Position numbers and translations under genes: made by a program
DNA from: an uncultured Thermoprotei archaeon
GTDB taxonomy: Archaea; Thermoproteota; Thermoprotei; Thermofilales; B15-G2
DNA length: 64,000 nt
Assembly: GCA_965367815.1 (NCBI GenBank)
Contig: CBDUKN010000005.1
Coordinates: 1-64,000, forward strand
Direction of reading: 5' to 3'
The notes under the pieces: generated by a model
What the model was told of the DNA's origin: nothing
The model's database searches: none
What the model saw: the letters and a program-made list of their open reading frames with translations, nothing else
Part shown: positions 1 through 9,323 of the stretch, piece after piece
Layout: each line of letters opens with the position of its first letter
Position numbering within the stretch: position 1 is the stretch's first letter

Positions 1-777
1 TACCTCAAAATATATCCTACACTTGTCATACCTTCATCGAAGTTATATGAGCTGTGGAAAAGAGGTCTATACAAGCCCTACGACGACAAAGAGTATATCG
101 AGCTTCTAGCCAAAGTCCTCGCGATGGTTCCGCGCTACGTGAGAGTCATAAGAGTGGGAAGAGATATTCCCGTGAAGTGGATTGCCGCTGGCCTGAAGTA
201 CGGAAACTTAAGGCAAGTGGTCTTAGATAAAATGAAAGAGCTTGGCCTCAAGTGCCGCTGCATAAGATGTAGAGAAGTAGGCCACTACATACTTGAGCAC
301 GCAGAAATACCAGATATGAGCAATGTTTCTCTGTGTCGAATAGACTATGAGGCTAGCGGAGGCCACGAGATTTTCTTGAGTATAGAGGACTTGAAGCGAG
401 ACATACTATACGCGCTCCTGAGGCTGAGAATACCGTCTGAAAAGGCTCATAGAAGAGAAATTCGAGCAGGGAGATCTGCGCTTATTAGAGAGCTTCATGT
501 CTACGGGCCATCTGTTCCAGTTGGAGAAAAGAGCTTCTGGTGGCAGCATAGAGGCTTGGGAAAATACTTAATGGCTTGCGCGGAGAGAATAGCTTACGAA
601 GAATTCGGAGTATATCGTATTTTCGTGATCTCAGGAGTAGGTGTGAGAAATTATTATCGGAGACTAGGCTACAAGAAATATCCCTTAGCTTTCTACATGT
701 TTAAAAACCTCAAAAAGCAGCCTTTTGTCCCACTAGAGCTCGATCTGCCTCTTGTAAAGCTACCCGAACATAGCTGA
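1..777 (+). CDS. elp3: tRNA uridine(34) acetyltransferase Elp3, 5'-truncated by the window edge
   Basis: Frame is open from base 1 (YLKIYPTLVI...). Contains CRCIRCRE, YEASGG.EIFLS, RELHVYG, QHRGLG and ISGVGVRNYYRRLGY, typical of the Elp3 radical-SAM/GNAT C-terminus. Confidence 0.95.
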   Translation, partial: YLKIYPTLVIPSSKLYELWKRGLYKPYDDKEYIELLAKVLAMVPRYVRVIRVGRDIPVKWIAAGLKYGNLRQVVLDKMKELGLKCRCIRCREVGHYILEHAEIPDMSNVSLCRIDYEASGGHEIFLSIEDLKRDILYALLRLRIPSEKAHRREIRAGRSALIRELHVYGPSVPVGEKSFWWQHRGLGKYLMACAERIAYEEFGVYRIFVISGVGVRNYYRRLGYKKYPLAFYMFKNLKKQPFVPLELDLPLVKLPEHS

Positions 778-791
778 AGAGTTAATAAGAG

Positions 792-1814
792 TTGAGTCGA
801 ATAAATTCTGTGGTTAGAGAAACTGGTGTATCCTATTATGGAGTAGCGTATCCTGATAGAGCTATATACGATTTTAGAGAACTGCTGGACTACGGGTGTA
901 ATGCTGTTCTTTTCGGTGTATCTGAGTTCGACTACTGGTTCTGGCATGATAACACACTAAAGTTAATAGAGGAAGCGAAACTTAGAGGATTCACAGTGTA
1001 CATAGACCTGTGGGGATGGGGTAAAGTCTTTGGAGGAGAGCCGCCTAGCATTTTTCTACAGAAACACCACGACTGCAGACAAGTTACAGCGAAAGGCGTA
1101 GTCTATCCTGCGGCATGCTTCAATACAGAGGAGTTCAGAAACTATGTAATCGAGCGTGTAGAGAAGCTAGCTAAAGAAAGTGACGCAGACTACTTTTTCT
1201 GGGACGAACCCCACTATGCGTGGCTTAAAGACGACTGGACTTGCCGTTGCCCCACATGTCTTAAGCTATTTAAAGAAGAGTACGGCTACGAAATGCCTAA
1301 GGAGCTCACTAAAGATGTAATAGAATTCAGGCAGAAGAAAATAGTGGAGTTTCTTAAGGTTCTGTCAGAAACCGTAAAGAAAGCTGACTCGAGCAAGAAG
1401 ATCTGTGTATGTCTTCTGCCAACTACTGAGGCTGTAGTAGGTATATCTGACTGGGAAACCATAGCTAAAATACCTGAAGTAGACATGGTAGCTACAGATC
1501 CCTACTGGATAGGAAGCGGCATGAGCCGTGAGGAAGGATTAAAGTGGTTCACAGAGCTGGGAATAAAGATAGTTGAACTAGGCAAGAAGTACGGTAAAGA
1601 AACTCAGCTATGGGTTCAGGCTTTCAGAATACCTAAAAATAGAGTAGATGAAGTAGTAGACGGTATTCTTAAGGCAGGAGAGCTGGGAGTAGACTCGATT
1701 TTCGTTTGGTGCTATAGAGCGGGGCAAGGAAGTATTCTAGCTTCAGAAGATTCTAACTACACGTGGAGAAAAATAGCCTATGCATTTAAGAAAGTAAGAG
1801 CTAAAGCGAGGTAA
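792..1814 (+). CDS. Putative glycoside hydrolase, TIM-barrel (GH42/GH-A clan-like)
   Basis: FWDEPH acid/base-like motif, CRCPTC metal site as in GH42-like enzymes, ATDPYW; no signal peptide. Confidence 0.6.
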   Translation: MSRINSVVRETGVSYYGVAYPDRAIYDFRELLDYGCNAVLFGVSEFDYWFWHDNTLKLIEEAKLRGFTVYIDLWGWGKVFGGEPPSIFLQKHHDCRQVTAKGVVYPAACFNTEEFRNYVIERVEKLAKESDADYFFWDEPHYAWLKDDWTCRCPTCLKLFKEEYGYEMPKELTKDVIEFRQKKIVEFLKVLSETVKKADSSKKICVCLLPTTEAVVGISDWETIAKIPEVDMVATDPYWIGSGMSREEGLKWFTELGIKIVELGKKYGKETQLWVQAFRIPKNRVDEVVDGILKAGELGVDSIFVWCYRAGQGSILASEDSNYTWRKIAYAFKKVRAKAR

Positions 1815-1816
1815 GT

Positions 1817-2248
1817 ATGGAGTACGCTATTGAAGTCATAGAAGCACGAGGACATATTAACATTAAAGGAGAACATGAAACTACATTTGAAATAACTAAG
1901 GAGTCTGAGGTCACTCCAAGAGGAGACTGCATAATTGGAGTTTCGGCCACTAAGGCGGCAGCAGACTTAAGCCAAAAGTTTAAAGAAATAGCGGCTAGCA
2001 AGAATTCTATTATAGTGGTTTTTCTGACGGCTGGAGGCGAAACCGATGTAGTAGTAGGCAGAGGAGACCCGAAGCTTACTTTCACAAATGAAGTATCAAT
2101 GGTTTTCAGGAAAAGCAACTATGTTTGCGGCAGAACTGTGATGGTTAAAGGCGATAAGGCTGCAGTTAATATTAATAGAAGACTAATAAACTTATTGAAA
2201 GATCCAAATACTATATTAAAAGTTGTTTTAGTGGCTTTAAAACCTTAA
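1817..2248 (+). CDS. DUF371 family archaeal protein
   Basis: RGH.NI...H.TT.EITK, TPRGDCIIGV, RKS.Y...RT, ADKAA-like motifs. Confidence 0.85.
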   Translation: MEYAIEVIEARGHINIKGEHETTFEITKESEVTPRGDCIIGVSATKAAADLSQKFKEIAASKNSIIVVFLTAGGETDVVVGRGDPKLTFTNEVSMVFRKSNYVCGRTVMVKGDKAAVNINRRLINLLKDPNTILKVVLVALKP

Positions 2249-2313
2249 ATTTATTTTATTAAAGTTAAGCGTAAAATTTTTACACGAGGTAGTTAAAGAG
2301 AGATAGACCTGTT

Positions 2314-2490
2314 ATGGCAAAAGACATCATAGTGTGTCCTAAATGTGGATTTAGGTTTAGTCTAAGCTATGCTAGAGCTTTTGCGTGCTCAGGTTGCCCA
2401 TATTCAAGTCTAGGTGATTGCAAGTACGTGCGGTGCCCCAAGTGCGGTCACGAGTTTCCGCTTTATTCTTCTAGGAGGAGTTCCATCTGA
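2314..2490 (+). CDS. Small Cys-rich zinc-finger protein (58 aa), not in the ORF track
   Basis: Hand translation MAKDIIVCPKCGFRFSLSYARAFACSGCPYSSLGDCKYVRCPKCGHEFPLYSSRRSSI: two CPKCG motifs plus CSGC...C. Fills the gap between flanking genes. Confidence 0.8.
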   Translation: MAKDIIVCPKCGFRFSLSYARAFACSGCPYSSLGDCKYVRCPKCGHEFPLYSSRRSSI

Positions 2491-2507
2491 GCATTTAATG
2501 GACATGA

Positions 2508-2523
2508 AATAAAGTTTATATAA
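2508..2523 (+). promoter_or_regulatory. Putative BRE/TATA box for luxE-luxC-like operon
   Basis: AATAAAGTTTATATAA upstream of a GGAGGGG Shine-Dalgarno-like site and ATG at 2565. Confidence 0.45.
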
Positions 2524-2564
2524 TCTGTCTAAACTGATTCAAGCAGTTGTCGGAGGGGTCACAT

Positions 2565-3863
2565 ATGCAACAGCTTACACTCACGTCCTCGCTGAACTAT
2601 CTGCTGAAAAAAGAAAACCTTTGGAGACCTAGAGAGAAGTTCGAGCCTTTTCTCGAGGAAATAATTTTGAGAATGCATAGATTTTATTACGAAAGAAGTG
2701 CTATTTACAGGAGGGTATGTGAAATAGAGAATGTTTCAGAGAGAGCTAAAATTGATGACTTGTTTAAAGTAATGCTCGTAGACAAAATCTTTAAGTCTTA
2801 TCCTACAGAGTATCCCGAAAAAGAGCCGGAAAAGTTTCTGTCATGGCTCAATAAAATAATGACAAGGCCTTTGAAAGTAAGAATAGAGCCGCAGAAGTCT
2901 CTGCAAAGCTTCTTAAATAAGTTAAGCGGATATATTTGGCTCAGCTACAGTAGCGGCACTACTGGAAGATTCTCGTTCATACCGAGAGATGAGAAAACAG
3001 TAGAATACTGTATAAAGTCGTACTCTGAAGCAGCTGTAGCTATTTCAGGCGACTATGTCAGAAAAATGCATTTCATTTTAGCATTACCTAAGAAAACACA
3101 CTTGTTCATTAGCTGGATACCTAAAGAAGTTGCCGAAAGAATTTCAGGCAAAGTAACTGTTCTGCTGAACCGAGTCTCGGCAGATATTGTTAGAGCTAGA
3201 ACTAAGCCTCCTACATGTTTCTCTGAAAAAATGAAAGCCTCGCTTATAGGAGTACTCGGCAATATTATGAAAAGCCAGCTTATCAAGAAGCTTTACCGCG
3301 AAGTCAAGAAAGCTGTAGAGAAAGGAGAGGAAGTAATAGTTTTTGGCTCAATGCCAGTAATGTATGCTTTCTGCAAGAAATTGTTAGAGAGAGGAGAGCG
3401 ACTAGAGCTTCCTGGAAGAAGCATTGTAGTGACAGGCGGAGGATTCAAGCTAGAAAAGGGAGTATCGCTTGAAGACTTCCGCAGAATGCTTAATGAAGCG
3501 CTTGGAATACCTGCTCCTGAAAGACATGTAGATGGCTATGGCATGTGTGAATGCAATGTACTGTTTTATTCCTGTGTAGAAGGCGGAGAAAAGCATATAC
3601 CTCCATGGATTAAACCTGTGCTTCTCGACGAAGAGTTTAATCCTCTACCAGAGCACGGTAGACAAACAGGGCGCTTCGCGTTCTTCGACCCGCTAGCTCA
3701 ATCATATCCAGGCTTCATAATCACAGGAGATAAAGTGACAATAAATTGGAATGGGTGCTCCAAGTGTAGTAGAGAAGGGCCTGTAATAGAGAGCATTGAG
3801 AGAGTAGAGTCTGAAGAAGGAAGAGGATGTGCGCTAGTTCTCGGTAAAGTTCTGGGAGAATAA
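2565..3863 (+). CDS. LuxE-like acyl-protein synthetase (ANL/adenylate-forming)
   Basis: YSSGTTG loop, TGGGFK, DGYGMCE, YPGFIITGD and C-terminal RGC acyl-acceptor Cys. ATG 2565 follows GGAGG (track start TTG 2547). Confidence 0.8.
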   Translation: MQQLTLTSSLNYLLKKENLWRPREKFEPFLEEIILRMHRFYYERSAIYRRVCEIENVSERAKIDDLFKVMLVDKIFKSYPTEYPEKEPEKFLSWLNKIMTRPLKVRIEPQKSLQSFLNKLSGYIWLSYSSGTTGRFSFIPRDEKTVEYCIKSYSEAAVAISGDYVRKMHFILALPKKTHLFISWIPKEVAERISGKVTVLLNRVSADIVRARTKPPTCFSEKMKASLIGVLGNIMKSQLIKKLYREVKKAVEKGEEVIVFGSMPVMYAFCKKLLERGERLELPGRSIVVTGGGFKLEKGVSLEDFRRMLNEALGIPAPERHVDGYGMCECNVLFYSCVEGGEKHIPPWIKPVLLDEEFNPLPEHGRQTGRFAFFDPLAQSYPGFIITGDKVTINWNGCSKCSREGPVIESIERVESEEGRGCALVLGKVLGE

Positions 3864-5404
3864 TGTTAAAGGGATATTTTCTTCCAAAAGAGCTTCAAGA
3901 TAGTTTTGATACTATCATAAGAGAGGTAAGCGGCTTTGAAATAGAGTATCTAAAGCTCAAGGAGGGCGATGCGGAGAAAATCTCAAAGTTTCTTAAAGAG
4001 GAGCGAAGAAAAGCGCTCAGTGAAGTAGGTATTTCTGAAAAAACTATGAGAGCGGCAGATAAGCTCGCCGAGTTATGGAGCAATAGCAACTATACTAAAA
4101 GGAAAATTGCTTTAGAAGTACTTCCCGAGCTTACGGGTTATCCCTCTAAAATGATTGAAGTACTGTCCTTCAGTACTTTGATAAAAGTTAGGGGAAACTA
4201 TCTTAAAGTGCTTAAAAGTCCTTCAGTTGGAAAAGAAGTATTCAAAAAGTTTACTGAAATTCTTGGACTTAATGTAAGAATAAAGGGATATGGGTCTTTC
4301 TTCGAGAAAATAAAGTTTGCAAAGAGTTTGTCTAGCTTGCCTGAAGTAGAGCTTATTTTACATATTTGTCCAGGAAATATTCCTGGCTTAGTTGAATCCT
4401 ATGTAATGCTACTTTCGTTGCTTTTAAATGCTGCAGCAATAATAAAGCCTCCAACTAGGCAGCCTGTATTTGCTGCTCTTTTTGCGGAGTCTTTAAGTGA
4501 AGTAGATGGAGATCTAGCTAACTTAGTTGCAGTAGTGAACTGGAGTAGGGGAGACGTTATTGAAAACGAGTTTTACTCGCATATTGATGTAGTCAATGTA
4601 GTTGGAGGAGAAGAAGCTGTAAGAAGTGTAAAAGAGAAAGTAGAGGAGTTTAGACAGAAAGGCAGGGATATTAGGGGATGCTACCATGGAGCAAAATTTG
4701 GAATCGAAATAGTTGCTAAAGAATATGCTTTACCTGAAGTAGCGGAACTAGTTGCTTTCGATATAATCGGCTATGAACAGGAAATGTGTTCTTCTCCCAG
4801 AGAAGTTAGAGTGGAGGAAGGAGGCAAGTTGTCTCCAAGAGAATTTGCAGAGAAAATAGCTGAAGCTATGAACTGGCTGTCAAGAATTTTTCCTCAATCA
4901 GAGAAATATCGAGCTAAAGCTAAGCCAATGATACTTAAATTAATAGCTGAAGGAGAGGCGTCAGACAAAATTGAAGTATTTGTTGTCAATAAAGGCCAAG
5001 GAGCAGTTGCATATGATGAAGAAAAGGTAAGGATCTTTGAGCCTATCTACTCTTATCGAGTCATCAAAGTCAAGCCTGTGAAAAATATACTCGATGTAAG
5101 CAAAATCATTAAGCCCTATAAGGAGTTCATGCAGACAGCAGGTGTTGCTGTACCAGAAGCACGAATCATAGAATTGGCTGAGGCTCTAGCTCAATCAGGT
5201 ATAGTAAACATCAGAGTAGCGGGGTCTGTTCCAATGCCTGAGCCTGGAGAGAGTTGGGATGGAAAGCTTCCGGGCTTAGAGTTTCTGTTCGATTCCAATA
5301 TTCAGTGGGTAACTATAGCATCAAAGAATTTAGATGAGAGCATAAAGCAGAATATCGAGTTCTTAGCCGAGCTAAAGAAACTAAATTTTTCTTCTAGCAA
5401 TTAA
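3863..5404 (+). CDS. LuxC-like acyl-CoA/acyl-protein reductase (ALDH superfamily)
   Basis: HICPGNIP, GGEEAV, HGAKFG, YEQEMCSSP (catalytic Cys, cf. DQxACxSP), QTAG, SWDG. Translationally coupled to the luxE-like gene (TAATG). Confidence 0.8.
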   Translation: MLKGYFLPKELQDSFDTIIREVSGFEIEYLKLKEGDAEKISKFLKEERRKALSEVGISEKTMRAADKLAELWSNSNYTKRKIALEVLPELTGYPSKMIEVLSFSTLIKVRGNYLKVLKSPSVGKEVFKKFTEILGLNVRIKGYGSFFEKIKFAKSLSSLPEVELILHICPGNIPGLVESYVMLLSLLLNAAAIIKPPTRQPVFAALFAESLSEVDGDLANLVAVVNWSRGDVIENEFYSHIDVVNVVGGEEAVRSVKEKVEEFRQKGRDIRGCYHGAKFGIEIVAKEYALPEVAELVAFDIIGYEQEMCSSPREVRVEEGGKLSPREFAEKIAEAMNWLSRIFPQSEKYRAKAKPMILKLIAEGEASDKIEVFVVNKGQGAVAYDEEKVRIFEPIYSYRVIKVKPVKNILDVSKIIKPYKEFMQTAGVAVPEARIIELAEALAQSGIVNIRVAGSVPMPEPGESWDGKLPGLEFLFDSNIQWVTIASKNLDESIKQNIEFLAELKKLNFSSSN

Positions 5405-6157
5405 ATACAATAGAGCGGCTGAGAGAAAAGATAAGAGCAGTATGATCGTTATCTTAGTGTACTTTTCTGGCGCACCAAAAGCTCTTTTACCTCCTTCTAC
5501 AGCAGTAGTTTTCTGAAGAGATATTGGGCTTATTCTTTCAAGAACTATAGTCAATTTATTAGGAACACTTCTTGTAATAGTAATTGATTTATGTGCTAGA
5601 GCACCTGTGGTAGCTGCTTCTAAGCGGTGTGACTGCTGAGGCATAGGTGTTGAATTCAGTGAATATACTTCAATATTCAAGTAAGGTAAATTAGGTACCT
5701 CTAGAAGAAGTTCCCCCTTTAAGGTAATACCGAAGGCTATTGTTTTATTTAAAATCTTTACAGCTATTAGGCATGAGTTTATTTTCCTGCCTTGAGTATC
5801 TAGCACTTCTATTTTGACGAGTTTTTTGGGATAGGAATTTATGTTAGTAACATTAATTGTTACTGAAGTATTAGATAATATCTTTAAATCAGTATAACCC
5901 AAGAAAATATCATTGCCTCTAATAAAGCCTGCTATAATAAAGTACCTGCCAGTTAAGGGCAGTGCAGCCGAAACATCTCCTGTTGTTGTTTCGATGAGTA
6001 CTCTACTACCTTTTTCTGAAAAGAAGTAAAAGAAGACTCTAGCTCCCGGATCCGGCTTAGGTTTAATACTAATGTTGACTAGTACTGGCTTAGCGGCAAC
6101 TAGAGTACATGATAGCAAGGCTAAGATTGCTGCCAGATAGACGGACTTGAGTAGCAT
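5381..6157 (-). CDS. Secreted, C-terminally membrane-anchored hypothetical protein
   Basis: Likely start MLLKSVYLAAILALL (signal peptide; GGAG upstream), beta-rich body, C-terminal TM helix followed by RRK. Confidence 0.65.
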   Translation of the reverse strand: MLLKSVYLAAILALLSCTLVAAKPVLVNISIKPKPDPGARVFFYFFSEKGSRVLIETTTGDVSAALPLTGRYFIIAGFIRGNDIFLGYTDLKILSNTSVTINVTNINSYPKKLVKIEVLDTQGRKINSCLIAVKILNKTIAFGITLKGELLLEVPNLPYLNIEVYSLNSTPMPQQSHRLEAATTGALAHKSITITRSVPNKLTIVLERISPISLQKTTAVEGGKRAFGAPEKYTKITIILLLSFLSAALLYLIARRKI

Positions 6158-6271
6158 ATCTCCGACTATTCTCTCGCGTAATGTGAATTTAAATGCTACT
6201 GCTGACCTACGCTGTACAATGCTTTTGAACAAAAAAAGTTTATTTAAAATATAACTTCTTTTAAATCAGTT

Positions 6272-6700
6272 ATGGAAGTAGCCTCGCGAGAAAAGCTTGA
6301 AGCTGAGCTCAAGGGAACAACGCTTAAGGTCTATGTAATGTTGCTTAAGTTAAATAGGCCTGTAGGTGTTAGGGAGCTTCAGCGAATAATGGGTTTTAGA
6401 AGTCCTAATACGGCACTTTATCACTTAGAAAAGTTGAGGAGGTTAGGTTTATTAGAAAAAAATATTGAGGGAGAGTATTTTGTGGCCAGAGAAGCCAAAG
6501 TAGGAGCTCTGATTTTTTTCACTAGAATAGGTTCTCTCCTTGTTCCTCGCTTTCTATTTTATGCTGTTTTCTTTACTGTTTTCTTGATAGTCTATCTTGT
6601 TTTAGAAAAGCCCAATATTTACGTTGTTTTGGTTACTTCTCTAGCGTCTATTTTCTTTTGGATAGAGACCTTGAGGGCTTGGTTAAATAAAGTGTTTTAA
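6272..6700 (+). CDS. Winged-HTH transcription regulator with two C-terminal TM helices
   Basis: GVRELQRIMGFRSPNTALYHLEKL..LGL wHTH followed by two hydrophobic helices. Confidence 0.75.
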   Translation: MEVASREKLEAELKGTTLKVYVMLLKLNRPVGVRELQRIMGFRSPNTALYHLEKLRRLGLLEKNIEGEYFVAREAKVGALIFFTRIGSLLVPRFLFYAVFFTVFLIVYLVLEKPNIYVVLVTSLASIFFWIETLRAWLNKVF

Positions 6701-8019
6701 AGTAAAGCTAAAACTCTTCCTTTATAGTCTACTACTTTTATTAGTGGAGCAGAAGTTTCTGTATGTGTAGCGCACGATAAGCATGGATCATAAGATCTCA
6801 CGGCGAGACCTATGAAATACTTCAGTTTTTCTTTATCTATGTTCCCGTTCTTAATGCATCTAGCTGAGACGATTTTTATGGATTCTTCAATAGAAGGAGC
6901 GTTTATTGTAGTCGGGACAATAATATTGGCTTTTGTTATTAAGCCCTTTTCGTCGCAGCGGTAGTGGTGAATAAGTAGGCCTCGAGGAGCTTCTACGACT
7001 CCTACTCCTTCTCCTTCATGGAAAGTTATTGCCGTATAAGGTTTTTCCTTAAAAGGTCTATCCACCAGCTTTTCTATTTCTTCGGCTAGTTGCAAGCATT
7101 CTTTAAGTCTCGAAATATTGTAATAGAGCATATTATTTTCAGTCTTTATATTCGAGACATTATATCTCGCTAAAGGCCCTACCCTAGTCAATTCTTCTTT
7201 AGCAGCTGTTTTAACATAAGGGTATTTAATGTAAGTATGCTTAATTGTTTTTTCAGTTAGTATTGAAGAGTATTTATCTGGAGGAATTTTTTCTAAAATA
7301 TTACTATTTTTGATGCATAGTTCTCCCTCATAAAAGTCCACATTATTCTTGTTGACTAAAGCTATATATAGCGTGTTCATTTCAAATATTTCTCTTAATT
7401 CTTCAGCCTTTTTATAGAAGATTTCTTCAGTTTTTTCAACTATTTCATTAAGTATTTTTACCAAGTTCTTTGCTTTAATTACTAGCTTTCTATATTTTTC
7501 GTTATCTGGGGAATTAAGTACTCCACCTACAGCGTTCAGTACGGGGTGTATCGATTTTCCTCCAGTTAGCTCAACTATTTCCTGTGAAAGCGTTCTCGCG
7601 GTAATAGTTGACTTGACTATCTCCGGTTTCTCTTTTAGCAGCATTTCGAGCGGATTATATGCTTTAAATTCAAGGTAGTCCGGTAAGGCTAGGAAAATTA
7701 AGTGCAGTAAGTGACTTTGAATTATTCCGGCATAGTGCATAATTCTCCTAAGTCTGATAGCGTCTTCAGGTGACGTTATCTGTAAAGCATTTTCAGCTGC
7801 TTTTGCCGAAGCCATGGAGTGGGCTACTTGGCATATTCCACATATTCTGCTAGCTATTCGCGGAGCTTCCTCAATAGGCCTACCTACTAGTATTTTCTCG
7901 AAGCCTCGGAACCCTAGAACCATGAATTTAGCTGACTCTATTTGTCCTCTTTCATCGAGCTTTATTATTACTTTAGCATGTCCTTCGAGTCTAGTAAGAG
8001 GACTAATCTCGATCTTCAT
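6697..8019 (-). CDS. mvhA: Group 3c [NiFe] hydrogenase large subunit MvhA
   Basis: TRLEGH, RICGIC (L1), EAPRG.L.H, DPCLSCATH (L2) with a cleavable C-terminal extension. Confidence 0.9.
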   Translation of the reverse strand: MKIEISPLTRLEGHAKVIIKLDERGQIESAKFMVLGFRGFEKILVGRPIEEAPRIASRICGICQVAHSMASAKAAENALQITSPEDAIRLRRIMHYAGIIQSHLLHLIFLALPDYLEFKAYNPLEMLLKEKPEIVKSTITARTLSQEIVELTGGKSIHPVLNAVGGVLNSPDNEKYRKLVIKAKNLVKILNEIVEKTEEIFYKKAEELREIFEMNTLYIALVNKNNVDFYEGELCIKNSNILEKIPPDKYSSILTEKTIKHTYIKYPYVKTAAKEELTRVGPLARYNVSNIKTENNMLYYNISRLKECLQLAEEIEKLVDRPFKEKPYTAITFHEGEGVGVVEAPRGLLIHHYRCDEKGLITKANIIVPTTINAPSIEESIKIVSARCIKNGNIDKEKLKYFIGLAVRSYDPCLSCATHTETSAPLIKVVDYKGRVLALL

Positions 8020-8899
8020 GCTTGACCCTCCTAAGTACTTCTACATTATACGGTATTGTTCCCGAAGGTAAAGTAAATCTATAAAAATATCCTGCAGGGT
8101 CAGGTATTTTCTCAAGGAGCTGCTGGGGATCTATTCTAGAAAATACGCTGGCTATTGCTGAAAGTAAGCGTTCTCCTTGATCTGAAATAGAGGGTGGAGG
8201 GCCTCTACATCCTCTGCACGGCGCTCCTCGAGAAGGACAGTGAGCTTTGCAGCCTGCTACTGTAGCTATGCCCATACAGAGTATTCCTTGTTCAAGAAGG
8301 CATCTAGAAGGATCTATTTCTATTTCTCCAAGCCTATAGACTTTAGAAGAAAACTCGTCCTTTTTCTCTAATGGGCATTCATCGCAGACTGTTTTAAAAG
8401 GAGGTTTAGGGAAAGTGTTCTTCTCTACGATTGAGAGAAGCGTGTCTCGAAGAAGCTTATAAGGCGGCGGACACCCTGGAATCATATAATCTACTTCAAT
8501 ATATTCGCTTACAGGAGCTGCTGCTCGAGTTAGCTTAAGTACCTCTACTGGAAGTACTTTCTCTCCATATACCTCCTTCAGCATATCTCTTACCACGTAT
8601 AAGTTAGCTAGACCGGGAATTCCTCCAAATGAAGCGCATGTACCTAACGCAATTACCTTGCTGCTTTTTTCTCTAATCTCTTTCAAAATCTCTATATCGT
8701 GTTCGGTGCGAACGGCCCCGCTCACGAGACTCAAGTCGATATTCGAGGGAATTTCTTCATAATCGGCTACTAGCGTTGAGTACACTATGTTTACTTTAGT
8801 TAAAATTTCTTGGCCGAGATCTATTAGTGCTACTTCGCATCCAGAACAGTAGCCTGAAAGACCCACAAGGGCTACTTTAATCATATTCTTCAACCCCAA
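8003..8899 (-). CDS. mvhG: [NiFe] hydrogenase small subunit MvhG
   Basis: CSGC, GTCA..GG, PGCPP, CDEC, C.G..T.AGC...CP....CRGC.G. Confidence 0.9.
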   Translation of the reverse strand: MGLKNMIKVALVGLSGYCSGCEVALIDLGQEILTKVNIVYSTLVADYEEIPSNIDLSLVSGAVRTEHDIEILKEIREKSSKVIALGTCASFGGIPGLANLYVVRDMLKEVYGEKVLPVEVLKLTRAAAPVSEYIEVDYMIPGCPPPYKLLRDTLLSIVEKNTFPKPPFKTVCDECPLEKKDEFSSKVYRLGEIEIDPSRCLLEQGILCMGIATVAGCKAHCPSRGAPCRGCRGPPPSISDQGERLLSAIASVFSRIDPQQLLEKIPDPAGYFYRFTLPSGTIPYNVEVLRRVKHEDRD

Positions 8900-9323
8900 G
8901 GTCTCTAATTCTAACTATTTTGGGCAAAGGTTTCATTTCTTCAAGCTCCTCTGTGAACTCGGATATTACTCGAGCAAATTTCTCTCCTTCTGAAGCGGAA
9001 ATCCACTCTAATTTTACTCTGTTTTTTTCTACTCCGAGTTGAGATAGCAGTTTTTTGAGGAGAGCTACACGGGCTCTAGCTTTATAGTTTCCGCTGATGA
9101 AGTGGCAGTCTGCGGGCAAATGGCATCCTGAGAAAAGTACTCCGTCAAATCCGCTTTTAAGGGCAGTGAGTGCAAATAGGGCTTCTTCTCTGCCTGAACA
9201 TATAAGCCTCACTATGTAAGCTGAAGGAGGATACTGTATTTTAGATACTCCAGCCATGTCAGCCCCAGCGTAGCTACAGTAAGTGCAGGTAAGGACAAGT
9301 ATTTTCGGTTTCATGTAGATCAC
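8877..9323 (-). CDS. mvhD: Hydrogenase [2Fe-2S] subunit MvhD
   Basis: CTYCSYAGAD, CSGR, GCHLPADCHF, WISASEG. Confidence 0.92.
   Translation of the reverse strand: MIYMKPKILVLTCTYCSYAGADMAGVSKIQYPPSAYIVRLICSGREEALFALTALKSGFDGVLFSGCHLPADCHFISGNYKARARVALLKKLLSQLGVEKNRVKLEWISASEGEKFARVISEFTEELEEMKPLPKIVRIRDLGVEEYD

Noticed and set aside
2565-5404. Bioluminescence (lux) operon
   Set aside because: No luxA/luxB/luxD/luxG nearby, and luciferase needs O2 whereas the gene content indicates an anaerobe.
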